Source: a virus (lineage: Duplodnaviria > Caudoviricetes). From it: a DNA stretch of 64,000 nt. Each line of letters starts with the position of its first letter. Positions within the stretch are counted from its first letter, which is position 1. Position numbers and translations under genes: made by a program. Below, in pieces: positions 56,501-64,000 of the stretch. The DNA is taken from the IMG/VR virus record IMGVR_UViG_3300021959_007005. One strand, given 5' to 3'. The notes beneath the pieces were generated by a model, which searched no databases, had not been told where the DNA came from, and saw nothing but the letters and a program-made list of their open reading frames with translations.

Positions 56501-58831
56501 CATAAACAAATGTGGATTTCCGCCGTTTGTACCTTCTACATAATAATTGTTATTTACAATACTAAAGTCAAAAGTGTTGTCCATACCAACATCAGTTGTT
56601 CCTAATGTAAATGTTACTGGTGTGGTGTTATCTGTTACTATTTTTTGTATATGTCTACGTACTGGCTGTTTATCTCTACTAACCACCCATCCATTATGAT
56701 ATTCACTACTTTCTATATTTTTATAGTAGTAGTAACCTGGGATTTCTTGTAAATTAGTTTGGTCTTGTGGTGTATTAATACTATTGTAGTTATATCTAAT
56801 AGAACCTAATCCAAAATCAAAACTCAGTCCTGGTGTGTTACCATAGTCTATATATCTTGGGCTAAATTGTAATGCTGTGTCTAGTTTACTTGCACTGTTT
56901 CTTCCATAGTCAAAAATCTTATCACCAACAAATGTGCTATTAGGATACACAGATGCATCTTCCAATGGAGTGAGATCAATATCATAAAGACTAAACAGTA
57001 TATTAGAACTTAACCCCATTTTCTGCTGACTGTAAATCCATGAACTTCCATTCCAATGCCATTCACTCCCACTTCTTGGCGCTATTATGTCATTGGTTTG
57101 TAGTTGTGCATTATTATACCCATGTATTACACTAATCTTAGTACCAACAGTACTTGGAGTATGTACTAGTGCTAAATTTATACTAGACCCAACTCCACTT
57201 ACTGTGTAAATTTTATTATTAAATGTTGCGTTTGTACTATTCAAGAATAGAACAGTGTCGCCGTCTACCAATGGTGATATTTCAACTCTATCCCAATATG
57301 CGGTCTGTGCTTTGTTTAGATTTTTCGGATCCAATGGATCCTTGGCAATGCCATGTGCCTTTACACATTCATAATAATTTGAAACACCAAGGATAGATAT
57401 TTTTACTACTTCACCAACATTATAACCTTTGTATGCATCCCATGCGGTTGCTGTACTGGTATCAAAGTGATTCCATGAGGTCTGTCCAATAATTGCAGTT
57501 GCAGGATCAACACTTTCCTCAATTAAGTGGGTAACATATAATGATGAATTATCTGTTGCATCATAATTAGATAGCCCAGCATTGTATTTTTCAATATTTT
57601 TTCTAAATTCAATAATAGGGCGTACTGCTCTGAACGTATCAACTATCCAATCTTCATAAGTTTTTCCTTGATAAGTTAATACCGCTTGCGCTGCTTTCTC
57701 ATGTATCCATAAGTTACTTCTTGACCATGCACTTTGATCTTGACTGATTCTAGACTCAATAATATAATCTCTAGAATAGTTCCTAGTTTCACTATCTAGT
57801 GTTGAATCAAAATCCCAAGTTGTTGATGTTTCAGTAAATCCTTCTTGTGATTGTGTTGCGAATATTGTACTATTAAGCCAAGTTCTTTTATCATATACAT
57901 TATTAGCTGGCCCTATTGCATATTGTTTAGTTAGTTTAATATTATCACCAACTCCGTCAACAATATAAATGTCATCTACATTAAATGCACCACTTGTACT
58001 ATGTGAATAATAAGTTTTTATTATAATTTCATCACTAATGTTTGGCGCAGTATTAAAAGTTAAAATTCCAGTAGTTGGATCATATACATAGCTTCCAGGA
58101 AGAACACGAGTGTTATTTTTATATACTTTAACTACTGTAGCATTATTTGATGTTGAATTAAATGTTACGTTACCAACAACACTTTGTGTAAATGTTTCAG
58201 TACTAGATGGTGTGAATCGAATACGCATACCATTTTGTAATGCTAACGTCTTTCCACCATTTAGTGTTGGTGTAGTATAGTATGGACCATTATTAGCAAT
58301 ATCATCTATATCAATTGTGTTCGCTAAAGTTGCAGGAATATCACATGGTGGTAGTATATCAACTAACCAAAAATATCTATGATAATTGATAAACATATCA
58401 TAGTTAACAGGCAAGTCCAAGGTATAACCATTTTCACCTAAACTTATGTTTTGTTGATTAGTTTCCGCTTCGTTAAACTTTAATGCAGAAATCATATCAG
58501 CATATGATAGCGCACTTGTAATATTGTTATTATTGTCTCTGTTTACTATTCCTGGAACAAATTGATGACTGTCAACTGGTCGGTTACTTTCAAAATAACT
58601 GTCACTTGCAATTTTTTTATTATACGTCCCACCTACCACATTATTAATTGCCTGTAGACTACCACTACTCATTAATTGTTCTAATGTACTATCTAAGAAT
58701 CGACCATTAATTGCTGTTTGAAAGATATTTGGAAGTAGCTCTTTTACAGAACGTGTTCCTATATAATCTACACTCTCACCAGGACGGGTGATAAGAGGGG
58801 CAATTATCGGGTTTGTTGTGCGGTCATTCAT
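47594..58831 (-). CDS. Giant (3745 aa) baseplate wedge-like structural protein
   Basis: Directly follows gp6-like and gp25-like genes; ELLPNIFQT..FL N-terminus; VTxGGxGY..PT repeats; Thr/Ser/Asn-rich beta composition; three CBM5/12-like motifs. Confidence 0.7.
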   Translation of the reverse strand: MNDRTTNPIIAPLITRPGESVDYIGTRSVKELLPNIFQTAINGRFLDSTLEQLMSSGSLQAINNVVGGTYNKKIASDSYFESNRPVDSHQFVPGIVNRDNNNNITSALSYADMISALKFNEAETNQQNISLGENGYTLDLPVNYDMFINYHRYFWLVDILPPCDIPATLANTIDIDDIANNGPYYTTPTLNGGKTLALQNGMRIRFTPSSTETFTQSVVGNVTFNSTSNNATVVKVYKNNTRVLPGSYVYDPTTGILTFNTAPNISDEIIIKTYYSHSTSGAFNVDDIYIVDGVGDNIKLTKQYAIGPANNVYDKRTWLNSTIFATQSQEGFTETSTTWDFDSTLDSETRNYSRDYIIESRISQDQSAWSRSNLWIHEKAAQAVLTYQGKTYEDWIVDTFRAVRPIIEFRKNIEKYNAGLSNYDATDNSSLYVTHLIEESVDPATAIIGQTSWNHFDTSTATAWDAYKGYNVGEVVKISILGVSNYYECVKAHGIAKDPLDPKNLNKAQTAYWDRVEISPLVDGDTVLFLNSTNATFNNKIYTVSGVGSSINLALVHTPSTVGTKISVIHGYNNAQLQTNDIIAPRSGSEWHWNGSSWIYSQQKMGLSSNILFSLYDIDLTPLEDASVYPNSTFVGDKIFDYGRNSASKLDTALQFSPRYIDYGNTPGLSFDFGLGSIRYNYNSINTPQDQTNLQEIPGYYYYKNIESSEYHNGWVVSRDKQPVRRHIQKIVTDNTTPVTFTLGTTDVGMDNTFDFSIVNNNYYVEGTNGGNPHLFMDQGVDYTVHCKFNPNAIEFVNLDGTAFSGITRGANGTNDKFTINVAAGAANKVAFKYRNVTNPNIYGIVYVTDNTNNTNIQVLKNNVEFTNYTYANGVITINTSAIDDVFDVTYHSNSQLSADAEGDFLPADSHILNPQNDTLKTSSYADLMTHMQHQLDSTPKHQTTLFGENNYHTMTQLHEFGGTIRQQPFSTEVLGQLLSDPDTDPYSSIRYSTQSYRRFKAQFLQKVVQIYNNSPLETPVHEIVDAALASINLGKNTDSEFNNSNMAMYKDFESQDYSWTASMPQLFDLPKVVNTYGDTKNHIQVWINSLDANNEPIWRPLQSHEYTLTINTINIHPVVTFDSSGLAYAHIRWYPQDSVSYIPPSAVKLGLVKPYAPEIANNYAFTSTGTATDAVITGHDGSVHYRKGTEMFNKSIAGFSIEDAALWDLENRISNNLNASLNTVTSYTEIMPTSHKTLAYTWNDLNNSLASEFNSWKLRNNVTTLNRVLYYDGTDKFTWNYSSVGPGIGGWRGLYTYYFNTDRPHTHPWEMLGHNIKPTWWDTYYSWTDAFKRIALNTALRWGKVSDPSLTPVYDDNYTYSEYQWMVDTLVTTGGVLNDPVTAGIVTAPTPVNASKDFVFGDWGPVEADWRASSEYKFSLIFGLMKLRPNWILNTYFNSLTRKKTTGYQYYSSIYYNDNKKQLGNNRQIELSNTIYPGSIIESVTVTDGGTGYSTVPTLTVYDNFGFGGQLLGSVGSGSVTGVSVLTPGENYYSKPTVTISSGNATLEVNLSKDARKYVSGLSNSIVDYVTNNKSNATELTTRFKNLQYNPIVRAGGFVNTNNQNFILESSQDKGKVALPEENYNTIFYTTKPNKELFIGGVKVKKVSTGYSISGFDNSDGSFKYYATNEGGTSTTVVSDKFSVTKYLNFGQTLHSLSYNTVLLSEQAVYDVIRGYGEYARQQGWQETWDAMASNFLQWADTAILNESSVLMPSTSTISIADGPVGYYDNIDRKYDGVYNLIDPYGKQISSSEIYIVREFDKGEDAITTISVKDPDKTFIAGIRLYKVELEHAIVFDNSTNFDDVIYNPALGQRHTRIKWRGSKTKNWNGKLYAPGYIITDNTIVDNLDTSAREMDQYYGRGNTINNQQIVDVARFNVGYNKPEWSSKLDIDDDTLYEFIKGTRKYRGTRLALDAFMKNKSLFDGDATANIHEEWAIRTADYGDTRSRDTIEFQITPDLLTTSPQAVRFSAEEVNDVLTDVVIDVDHNSPLLVTGTPGDNFTTRLPRILESGDTISYEETYANDFITAGLPLTSEVDYRVINRDDLATFPLETKTDYNFSGEWQDIYAWNNRTSYKFNDKILHQGKTWQMVDIDGSSGLTTPNDPIEVIGSITLPNVASNLSNTLILDNISIPLTRTATSTVQGVIQKIGGNDLVSSNVVTHGSSLILGTTSATAQTIVFSNVVNTTTFNDIVINGTTTNPTINGSAAKTLIIDGNTIPFNETQNNTANITASVAYSNAFSTAGISHSSTNRIAALEALRSAYVAVNGAAAWASFMSTYCTSAGQLNISQLLVEYNAAPAYQSQLAALITDDVAIINLLNGSPYTASAVLAGTQIITPAHISGSQAAIANGQYMLGFKTYLTNSANASSVITPSTIVTTETTSGFKVYTLSDIINRITSIGIANITVQNSSNRLRITKTTSTPGVAFDLIIGSGTANGDVGIPADTTSATSSVASSTPNLTIAQVVDQINAASITSITAQINSSNTNLLQINCNAATLFIGGGTSNSVIGLTTGVILAGTTTTETDVNLDITSIIGKINSKGITGVTASNSNNRLKITSTNPILIIGAGTSNSSVGLTALTYSATQSTVSNVFEAIVNNNVVFQQMTYDPNLFSIWVADNSFQGNFNRGYAVYQTMDFGMYAHRICAGITEADDAEIILANSQAHNVLVGDYVLIRGSNSKPNIDGIHKVTKVDTSSSNKFYIDEYIETEATEGNVYPLKNVTFKDKATLDTEYNTKVLKGTPNSGGAYKFNFSGYRQNNQQTPIYAYVNDDNTGTPTVYKWTGTFSNTVGHTNGEWLAIRSMPNQARNDLIENVKIYDAKSQTTITTIETFDPAKGIIPGFIKNEIDFIVSSDIATYNHTTIDGQLDEARCWGATNVGQRWWDINSAIYLNYEQGSIDYQQSNWGRLFDGASIDIYEWTRSPVLPEQWEQFVSFGNLVDGKPASGEAYSVMLDGEQLYYWAEQTYYNNKSNESETFYYFWVKNKTSYSGQRNYNTYQLARLMENPSGFDLSWCAASSSNLLFINNVDNYVNKNSVIQVNQIYDSNALPLNEWTLLSDGDIDSVIPEQLHIKMRDSLSGFNNYQERVVYTAWNASTTYRINDVVTDGGKYYVSTFPARMFGQAVIPDNINQQPSLDSAMTYWAEIQEYTLPAETETDDINVWRGQMVPDLNLHEFNRYGQSIRPVQSLYRNLVDARHNFVYSLNKLLAETPIVSDTSNWQNTFDHTFTNANVTYSVNKYWNWVDWSRTDYDSNGNITYQFNKNTTPTYTYNSIQDYYDSVGVVTPLNGQYMLIKNVPGPDSKNRNEMYVYNNGWTMCWKKLGTIEVSEELWNQSKFGHGFDAAGFDIVPFDSDSSVVISELFDLIRTRLFIGKHQVKYNKLWFDMLNEAITQNTTDDFAFKTTYVKLQVNRPLSLTQTNYANYDVSVVEDFINDIKPFHTKLRTGMESTTHAEAVGIQTTEQSRNSVITMKYEDHSGRSWEGDTTLSGGTFTNLLDNVDAITFTTLDGDIEYVYNGNNFDQAAYEGWGEELYPTDFTENISITVQTNSSGSTYDGNSRAFRMSIYQPNDVQISNVIDDAQKTSLSSSVTATDTTIPATSLALFDNPTTDPGVVYINGERIEYSAIDNNNLLYCIRGTLGTSAKAHTNGSTIIHSGPSTRIPTLEKFSHYGDNLRMAYNDSGTSLSATGISPEHAFIRSAGPGSI

Positions 58832-61800
58832 GTGATGCTAACTCCAGTATTTGCAGCAATTGTAGTAGCATTATTACTAACACTATTACTAATAGTTATA
58901 TTCCCAGTGGTTAGCACTGGTAAAAATAACTCGTCACTATCTGATATTATTTCAAACAGTTCTGTTGTTTCAGCTTGTGCTGAAACTGGACTAATTGTAA
59001 CTTGACTAATTTGTCCTATCATATTATTATGAATAAACGCAGCTAGTTCTGTAAAATAAAATGTTTCACCAAAGTCCCAGTTGTCAATTGCAAAATATTC
59101 AGTGATTAATTTGATTACTTGTTGTTTAACTTCAGTATCGCTCATTGTGGCGGTACTAGTACGACTAACATTAAATTTAGCTTGAAGTTCACTACTAGCC
59201 AAATCACCAAATAATATTTTATATTTTACTGGCCGATATATAATCTGATCACTTATACTTTTTTTGTTTTCTAAACTCTGAAACATTTCTCCTAGTTCAG
59301 TAACAGTTGGATTATTTGGCTTTGTTTGTGGCAATCCATCATATAATGCCCATGCTCTATATAAATTATCGTAACTTGACAATAGTACATACGTATCTAT
59401 AATATTTGTAGTACTTGGATCAATTACTTGATTTACATCAGCTATTCTACTATACTTTGATCTAAGATTACTTCTGCCAATAACCGCAGTATTTCCTGCA
59501 CTGTTTTCATTATCATAAACAGTAAAGTTGTAACCATTTTCACGTATAGTTTTTAGTTTGATTGTCCCGTTATTAATAATTCTGTTAAATGATTCTGGAT
59601 CATTAGGGAACCCATCTTTATTTGGATCACTAATTGATACTCTAATTTTATGAGGATCAGTGTATCCATCAGCATATGTAAAGTAACCTACTACATTAAA
59701 GTCATAATTTTTACCTAAGGGCACACTACTAGATGTACTCTCTGCATTTATGTCTAATACTCTAAGACTATCTCTTAGTGGCTTTAGGGTATCACTACTA
59801 AATGATTCTTCAAAATTTAGGTTATTAAATCTAACAGTTTGATCACTTCCGTAAATATATCGAGTTTTTCTTGTAAGTATTTCCCATTGTGAACTACTAT
59901 AGTTAACTCGTAATATCCAACTTTGATCAGCACCTGTGCTAGTATTATCACCTTCGTATGATCTGCTCCAATTACTAGCTAAGTTATTAGTTGTACTACT
60001 AGTTGGTAAATTTGCGCTTTCTACAATAACCCATTCTTGGTTTGTTGCATCATATCTCAAACCAAAACTATTGTTTGCATCTAATTTACTAATTAAATTA
60101 CTTTTTACTGTTTTAGTTGTGTCATTTACCCAACTTGGAACAATACGATTAATTCTAGCACCTGTTGGTATTACAGCGTCTAATGATATTGCGCCTTTGC
60201 CTGATGCATCATCACCAGTTGGTGTTCCGTCAGATGCGTCAATACCAAGTCCATCTTTATAGATATTGGTTACTCTTGCCCATTTAGTATCTGCGCTTGC
60301 TATTGTACATTTTGCTATAGCACCAGTACCACCACCGCCAGTAAAACTTATACTAGTAGCATCTGTATAATTTACACCACTATTACTAATTGTTACACTA
60401 ACAACAACACCTGCATTGATGTTTGCAATTGCAGATGCATCTGCACCGCTACCACCAATTACGACTGTAGGAGGGGTTGTATATCCACTTCCACCTGCTG
60501 TTACACTAATTGTATTAATATAACCACTTTTAAATGGAGTAGTAATAAATTCTACTAAACTGTTTTTTTGTATTTTTTTCATTGGGTCAGCTGCTAGCTT
60601 GCCAACTCTTTGTACTGGCGTATTAAATGTAATATATCCAGTACTTGTATTGCTTGCGCTTGTTGACTGATTCCAACGATATGTATTTGTTATTGATCCG
60701 TCTATTGTAAAACTTGTAATGCCAGCCGTAGTATCTGTATAATGTAATTCGGCGGTTGCTGCTGGTAATCCACTATAATAATGTTTATTATAGAAAAAAT
60801 TCTTTACTTCTGGATTGTCAAGTATAGGTTTTAAAAATCTTTGATATAATTGTTCACTGTTATATCTACTAGGCAATGCAACAATATTTCGAGTAGTTAT
60901 ATCCTCTTGATACAAGTATCCATCATCCATGAACTGCACGGCATCAGTATAAGTTGCTGTTGGGTCATACAAATCACGATATCTACTATGCCCACTGTGT
61001 ACACGGTTAATGCTTTTGATCTTACGAATGTTTTCGCTAACTGTTAATGGAAAAATACTATAGTCGTCTGCTGTAACCATTCTATCTTGTGTAGCAAAAA
61101 ATCTACTTGCATTGACTTTAATACTATTGAGGCTTTCACGCTCACTTGCATTAGTAACATTTGACTTTAAGCTGCACCCCAATGATGCTTCATATGTATT
61201 TCCATCTTCGCCAACATAACTAAATTTATATGTTGTACCGCTAAAATTATTAGAGTTTAACGTATATGTTTGATTAAGTCCAGTTCTATACCATACTCTA
61301 ACAATGCCACGTGGAATATTACCAAACGCACCATCACCAAATACAATACTAACTTGATCATCTTCTCTGCTAGTAACTGTGTAAATATTTTTGTTACCAT
61401 TACTGATCGCATTAAAAATACTACTACTACCAAATTGTCTATCTATTCGTGTCCAATTAGCTTGAACTTGGCCTACTTCGTCAACTGTTTGTACCCAAAT
61501 ATTGCCATTTGCAATATTGTTTACATTAATATCAAGTACCATATTAGGTAAGCCATTTTGTATTGAGAAATCTTTATTCTCTAACGTACCCTGTTTAAAT
61601 CCTACAAAAAATCCAGTGTTTGGACTACTAAATCCACTGTTATCATTTCTATAAACCATATCAAAAACACCATAAGGGTCAGGAGATTTTTCTTGCAATA
61701 CGTTTTCTGTTTGATTATAAGCAATACTGTGTATACCAAATGCTTCACTAACTCCGTTAATATTTCCTCTAAATAAATTACTAACTGTTGTATTAACACT

Positions 61801-62370
61801 ATTTGTTCTATATACTTCGTTTATGATACCATTTTTTGTAAATCTGGCAAATGGCGATCCAAACTTATTGCTTGATTGTAATATAGAGTTTAATACTGTT
61901 AAAAAGTTTTGATAAGCATCTGGATCGGTAACATCATCAAATTGTAATGTTGTGTTAGCAAGGCTACCGCCATCTACATCATATACTGTCTGTGATGTTC
62001 TTATACTGTTTATTTTTAATAGTCCACTTGCCACAACATTTCTAGTAGGAGTATAACCTAAAAATTCAGCAATACGTAAGGCGCTTTCTCTGCGTTCTGC
62101 TGTACTTAAATAATTCTCTCTACTTGCTAAGTCACTTCTAAATGCTAAGTTATGTCCAAGAAATGCCATAAGTTCAATTAAACTTACAAATTCACTTGAA
62201 CTAATCCAATCATTAAAATTTTCTGGATAGTTGGTAGTAATATATTCTACCATTGCGTTTCTAATTGTTTCAAAATCGTATGCTTGAAAGTTTGCTTGTG
62301 CAAAACTTTCATATACTACACTAAAATCTTCCGCAGCAAATAAACTGCTCTGTCTTGCGCCCTGTGCCAT
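58828..62370 (-). CDS. gp6: Baseplate wedge subunit, T4 gp6-like / baseplate J domain
   Basis: YDFETIR..LIELMAF..ENYLSTAERRES..LGYTP; ERESLNSIK..TQDRMVTADDY. Confidence 0.85.
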   Translation of the reverse strand: MAQGARQSSLFAAEDFSVVYESFAQANFQAYDFETIRNAMVEYITTNYPENFNDWISSSEFVSLIELMAFLGHNLAFRSDLASRENYLSTAERRESALRIAEFLGYTPTRNVVASGLLKINSIRTSQTVYDVDGGSLANTTLQFDDVTDPDAYQNFLTVLNSILQSSNKFGSPFARFTKNGIINEVYRTNSVNTTVSNLFRGNINGVSEAFGIHSIAYNQTENVLQEKSPDPYGVFDMVYRNDNSGFSSPNTGFFVGFKQGTLENKDFSIQNGLPNMVLDINVNNIANGNIWVQTVDEVGQVQANWTRIDRQFGSSSIFNAISNGNKNIYTVTSREDDQVSIVFGDGAFGNIPRGIVRVWYRTGLNQTYTLNSNNFSGTTYKFSYVGEDGNTYEASLGCSLKSNVTNASERESLNSIKVNASRFFATQDRMVTADDYSIFPLTVSENIRKIKSINRVHSGHSRYRDLYDPTATYTDAVQFMDDGYLYQEDITTRNIVALPSRYNSEQLYQRFLKPILDNPEVKNFFYNKHYYSGLPAATAELHYTDTTAGITSFTIDGSITNTYRWNQSTSASNTSTGYITFNTPVQRVGKLAADPMKKIQKNSLVEFITTPFKSGYINTISVTAGGSGYTTPPTVVIGGSGADASAIANINAGVVVSVTISNSGVNYTDATSISFTGGGGTGAIAKCTIASADTKWARVTNIYKDGLGIDASDGTPTGDDASGKGAISLDAVIPTGARINRIVPSWVNDTTKTVKSNLISKLDANNSFGLRYDATNQEWVIVESANLPTSSTTNNLASNWSRSYEGDNTSTGADQSWILRVNYSSSQWEILTRKTRYIYGSDQTVRFNNLNFEESFSSDTLKPLRDSLRVLDINAESTSSSVPLGKNYDFNVVGYFTYADGYTDPHKIRVSISDPNKDGFPNDPESFNRIINNGTIKLKTIRENGYNFTVYDNENSAGNTAVIGRSNLRSKYSRIADVNQVIDPSTTNIIDTYVLLSSYDNLYRAWALYDGLPQTKPNNPTVTELGEMFQSLENKKSISDQIIYRPVKYKILFGDLASSELQAKFNVSRTSTATMSDTEVKQQVIKLITEYFAIDNWDFGETFYFTELAAFIHNNMIGQISQVTISPVSAQAETTELFEIISDSDELFLPVLTTGNITISNSVSNNATTIAANTGVSIT

Positions 62371-62735
62371 TATTCTATCTCACCTACAAAATTTAAGTAT
62401 AGCTCTTCGGCTGTACCTGTTGAAATGTATTCTAATCTAACCTGTATTCTCAACGTATGATCATCAGGTTTAGTAACTAACGTTTCTAGCGGTTTCCATC
62501 GTGGATCACTATTAACAATTCTCTCAACATCTTCATGAACTGCTTCTTCTGTCATACTATCAAGTGGATCAAAAACTAGATCCCACACTATGCTTCCAAA
62601 CTCAGGATTCATAACTCGCTCGCCTTTTCGTGTATAAAAATGATTCATAAGATCACGTTTTGCCAGCTCTGAGTCTGTCAGTGTTCTACTTGAGAATGTA
62701 CTATTGAGTGTACTATATCCGTAATACGTTGCCAT
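62370..62735 (-). CDS. gp25: Baseplate wedge protein, gp25/GPW family
   Basis: KRDLMNHFYTRKGERVMNPEFGS..LVFDP..DPR. Confidence 0.92.
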   Translation of the reverse strand: MATYYGYSTLNSTFSSRTLTDSELAKRDLMNHFYTRKGERVMNPEFGSIVWDLVFDPLDSMTEEAVHEDVERIVNSDPRWKPLETLVTKPDDHTLRIQVRLEYISTGTAEELYLNFVGEIE

Positions 62736-62740
62736 GCAAG

Positions 62741-62747
62741 TATTTAG
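62741..62747 (-). promoter_or_regulatory. Late-promoter motif CTAAATA
   Basis: Exactly 5 nt before the gp25 ATG, with no Shine-Dalgarno in between. Confidence 0.6.
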
Positions 62748-62768
62748 TGCAGAATTAACCGGGTATTT

Positions 62769-63704
62769 TTAGATTTTAACTGATGTTTGGATAATATCAC
62801 CAGTTACTAGTTCTGCAATTATAGTTAGTCTAGGACCATCTAAAGTATAGTCATAATAGTGTTGTTTGATATCACCGTTTATTTTAACTAGTAATTTTTC
62901 TACAGGTTCAATACTTGGAGTCACTGATAATGTAATAGTTGGTACACCATCTAAATACTCTATATTGTTTTGAGCTATTGTAACGTTATATGTAAACTGT
63001 TGCTCCCTAAGTGTATCTTGATATCGATTGACAATTGCACGTTTTATGCCTTCTGGTGTGAATGGTAGAAATTTTGCTGTTTCTGCATAGTATGCAAATC
63101 TAGCAGCTCTAAGTTGTTCTTCACTTAGTATTCCTTGTTCATTGGCTGTACGCATATTAAAAATACCAGTTGCTCGCATCCAACTTCTATCTTTATTAAA
63201 TCCATAATCAGCCAATCTTACAATAGTAGCAGCAATCCGTGATTTTTTTCTGTTAGTTGTACTTCTCATCATCATACTTGCCAAACCAGACCAATCTTTA
63301 CTTAAAATTATATTTCTAGTATTGTATGTTCCTTCAACTGCATTAATTGTAAGAAAATTCATTGTTATCCAGTAGTATATAAAAATACCGTCATATACAG
63401 ATTGTGGAATTCGTTCAACACCAATAGATATAAGTTGTTTTTTAAAATTATTTTCAGCACGATTAAAGTAGCCTAACCAACTGCTAAATGCTTCTTGTTC
63501 AGTTACTCCACGAACAAATCTACTTTCTCCATAACCAATAAAATTATAAGGATTATAACGACCAAAATTCAATGCAGTTAATTCAGCATCTGCGCTAACT
63601 GCTATGTTTTCTATTGCAATTTCTGTTTCATAAAGTATACTATCTTTTACAGTAAAATCATCCCATACTGTAGTGTAAATTTCATCTATTGTATCTAGGC
63701 TCAT
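62769..63704 (-). CDS. GH24-lysozyme-like protein (possibly inactive) with a C-terminal beta domain
   Basis: FIGYGE..GVTEQEA..IPQSVYDG resembles the TIGYGH..IT..EA..L.Q.QFDA pattern; C-terminal VKING..QHYYDYTLDG..LT. Confidence 0.45.
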   Translation of the reverse strand: MSLDTIDEIYTTVWDDFTVKDSILYETEIAIENIAVSADAELTALNFGRYNPYNFIGYGESRFVRGVTEQEAFSSWLGYFNRAENNFKKQLISIGVERIPQSVYDGIFIYYWITMNFLTINAVEGTYNTRNIILSKDWSGLASMMMRSTTNRKKSRIAATIVRLADYGFNKDRSWMRATGIFNMRTANEQGILSEEQLRAARFAYYAETAKFLPFTPEGIKRAIVNRYQDTLREQQFTYNVTIAQNNIEYLDGVPTITLSVTPSIEPVEKLLVKINGDIKQHYYDYTLDGPRLTIIAELVTGDIIQTSVKI

Positions 63705-64000
63705 TGTTGTTGCCCTTTATATCCACGTCTGTATGTTTGTACTGGTCTAGCCATATTATCATAGCTGTCTTCTCTTCTTCCCATTAACGTGTTAACTTCT
63801 GGTTCTGGATTTATACCATTTTCAGCATTCCAATCTGACTCTGCTCGTCGCTGTTCTCTTAGTATAGCGTCATCATAAAACAAGTCATCATCTTGTTGTA
63901 ACCTATTTAATTCAGCATCACTCCAAGGGAGACCTGTTCTAGGATTAATTTCATTTTGATCAATATTGCTTTTTGTTTCAGAACCAATTCCTGATTGCGT
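63701..64000 (-). CDS. C-terminal end of a gene entering from the right edge (possibly baseplate hub/gp5-like by position only)
   Basis: The frame of the 60-aa ORF stays open to position 64000 (TQSGIGSETKSNIDQNEINPRTGLPWSDAEL...); ATGA overlap with the next gene. Confidence 0.7.
   Translation of the reverse strand, partial: TQSGIGSETKSNIDQNEINPRTGLPWSDAELNRLQQDDDLFYDDAILREQRRAESDWNAENGINPEPEVNTLMGRREDSYDNMARPVQTYRRGYKGQQQ

Noticed and set aside
16-61799. Many 60-195 aa ORFs in the track that lie antisense to or nested within long genes (e.g. 120..377, 440..757, 12837..13205, 19349..19768, 45534..46121)
   Set aside because: They are shadows of motif-bearing genes on the other strand or frame, with no motifs or ribosome-binding sites; 16..757 is explained by the missed radical SAM gene.
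1-64000. Stop-codon reassignment, as found in some jumbo phages
   Set aside because: TAA, TAG and TGA all terminate full-length, tightly coupled genes, and coding density is already near complete under code 11.
1-64000. CRISPR array, tRNA or rRNA genes, IS elements
   Set aside because: Intergenic gaps are under ~100 nt; I saw no spaced direct repeats, cloverleaf-like sequences or transposase motifs.

Overview
This window is very gene-dense, AT-rich DNA from a large (jumbo-type) T4-like myovirus that uses the standard genetic code. It has two parts. (1) Positions ~1-44.8 kb hold an accessory tailoring supercluster with 18 radical SAM genes, all with an intact CxxxCxxC motif: 13 with an N-terminal Twitch/SPASM-like Fe-S module, 3 with a C-terminal one, 1 cobalamin-dependent, and 1 partial gene at the left edge that the ORF track missed. 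They are interleaved with six putative glycosyltransferases in three paralog pairs, a UDP-glucose/GDP-mannose-family dehydrogenase, an isomerase/epimerase/kinase/phosphatase/nucleotidyltransferase set, two methyltransferase-like paralogs, a half carbamoyltransferase, an SGNH hydrolase, a QueC-like PP-loop protein, an APS-kinase-like protein, a cysteine hydrolase and an inserted ParB-like(DGQH)+HNH pair. (2) Positions ~44.9-64 kb are a baseplate/tail module: gp25, gp6-like wedge, a 3745-aa wedge-like protein, tail proteins and a lysozyme-like protein. T4-type late-promoter motifs (ATAAATA/CTAAATA/TATAAATA) mark every divergent junction. In five cases the motif lies exactly 5 nt before an ATG, which suggests leaderless late mRNAs. 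Three sigma70-type promoters are also visible. My leading hypothesis, which is inference, is that this is a late-expressed phage system that builds and radical-tailors a glycan or other modification on the virion or host surface. All product calls come from motifs read by eye; no database search was run.
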